DNA of 64,000 nt from an uncultured Pseudomonadota bacterium. Its GTDB lineage: Bacteria > Pseudomonadota > Gammaproteobacteria > Xanthomonadales > Rhodanobacteraceae. Every line of letters begins with the position of its first letter. Within the stretch, counting starts at the first letter, position 1. The notes beneath the pieces were generated by a model. That model searched no databases. It was not told the origin of the DNA and was given only the letters and a program-made list of their open reading frames with translations. Shown piece by piece: positions 60,064 to 64,000 of this stretch. The stretch covers positions 72,498 to 136,497 of the forward strand of contig CAWCCR010000007.1 of the NCBI GenBank assembly GCA_963794205.1, written 5' to 3'. A program made the translations under genes and the position numbers.

Positions 60064-60984
60064 ATGCCGGACCCGCAGCGAGTCTTCGTCGTCGGCTGCC
60101 CACGTTCGGGCACCACGATCGTGCAGGCGCTGATCGCGCGTCACCCCGCTGTGCTTTCGTTTCCCGAGACGGGCTACTTCGAAGCGCTTTACGGCAGCAT
60201 TCGTCGCCGCTGGGGCGACCTCGGCGCACCCGCCGAGCATCACTGGTATCACCGCATGGGTCTGGCCCGATCGTCAGGTCGGCGACGTCTGCGCCGCCTG
60301 GAGCGCGCTCTGGCTGGCGGAAAGCGCACCGCCGCGCCGTTGACGCCCGCGGCCTGCGTGCGCCGCTATGTCGATCTGCTCGACGGCTGCGCCAGACGCA
60401 GCGGAGCGGCGTTGTGGCTGGAGAAGACACCCAGCCACCTGATCTATCTCGATGAGATTGCACAGCATGTCCCGGATGCACGCTTCATCCATGTGCTGCG
60501 CAACGGAGTCGACGTCATGGCGTCGATCATGGATGGTGACCTGCACCAGCCCACGCATGATTTCGGTGGCGGGCTGGCGGTATGGGCACGGCGCTGGAAC
60601 CGCTCGATCGAGATGCATCTGGCCTGTCGCGACAATCCGCGTCACCTGCTGCTCTGTCTGGAGGACCTGGCCGCGCGTCCGCAGTGGGGCTGGCATCAGA
60701 TCCGGGACTTCCTCGGTCTCGATGCCTCGCTGCCGCTGCTCCCGCAGCCGGCCAGTCGAATCACCGATCCCGAGCGCGAGCCGTGGAAGCGCGCCGCCGC
60801 CTCCGGCCGGTTGCTGATGCCGGCGCACAAGGTCGATGCGCTGCTCGGTCCGGCGGCGCGGGCATGGATGCGCGACCACCTGCGCGATTACGCCGAGGTG
60901 CGTGCCCAGATCAGCGGTCTGCGCAGCGAGATTCCGGTTCAGGATATCGGATCCTGTCGCGCCAGCCGGCGTCTGCGGCGCTGA
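60064..60984 (+). CDS. PAPS-dependent sulfotransferase family protein
   Basis: FVVGCPRSGTT (5'-PSB loop), LEKTP, FIHVLRNGVDVMAS (3'-PB). Confidence 0.85.
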   Translation: MPDPQRVFVVGCPRSGTTIVQALIARHPAVLSFPETGYFEALYGSIRRRWGDLGAPAEHHWYHRMGLARSSGRRRLRRLERALAGGKRTAAPLTPAACVRRYVDLLDGCARRSGAALWLEKTPSHLIYLDEIAQHVPDARFIHVLRNGVDVMASIMDGDLHQPTHDFGGGLAVWARRWNRSIEMHLACRDNPRHLLLCLEDLAARPQWGWHQIRDFLGLDASLPLLPQPASRITDPEREPWKRAAASGRLLMPAHKVDALLGPAARAWMRDHLRDYAEVRAQISGLRSEIPVQDIGSCRASRRLRR

Positions 60985-61057
60985 GCTGGGCTGCGGCGCG
61001 GCCTTCCTGATGGCAGCGGCGCCTGCGGCGCCGCTGCAGGGCCGCGAAGGCCTCGCT

Positions 61058-63805
<2,748 letters not shown>

Positions 63806-64000
63806 TCCGAACTCCCGGATGATTCGGCAGGCATGCCCTGCGGGCGAGGCGCGCCAGGACGGCTCAACTTCCTATTATCGCCCAAGCCGGCGGCGGCAGC
63901 GAAGGGCTGATCGCGATGATTCAGCCGACATCGAGGGAGGCGCGCGCCAGCATGCCGCGCGCAAGCATCGCCACCTGCCGACGGTGCAGGATCAGTCGCC

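Overview
High-GC gammaproteobacterial chromosome segment; gene order and protein style suggest Xanthomonadales/Rhodanobacteraceae (inference). Left part (0.3-26 kb): an Entner-Doudoroff operon (zwf-pgl-edd-eda, with several single-base indels in zwf and edd) divergent from a NagQ-like GntR regulator. Next is a LacI-controlled locus that probably uses beta-1,2-glucan. It encodes a TonB-dependent receptor, a flavin-dependent halogenase, two GH144-like glucanases, an ABC transporter, an unclassified (alpha/alpha)6 glycosidase, glucokinase, a GH1 beta-glucosidase and an alpha/beta hydrolase. Middle (26-43 kb): a penicillin-acylase-family gene, then a compact cassette with a stand-alone propeptide-like lipoprotein, a Glu-type subtilase with PKD domains and a GlyGly-CTERM tail, a split convergent type II secretion cluster (gspGHIJKLM vs gspCDEF) and a rhombosortase. 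Right part (43-64 kb): core genes parC, ffs, tRNA-Ser, dnaX-ybaB-recR-HIT, ybdL-yafV, LysR, rluB-scpB-scpA, PilZ, fadD, S10 peptidase, sulfotransferase and acnA. Two diverged copies of a ~150 bp IS5-like MITE are also present. All calls rest on motif recognition by eye; no database search was run.
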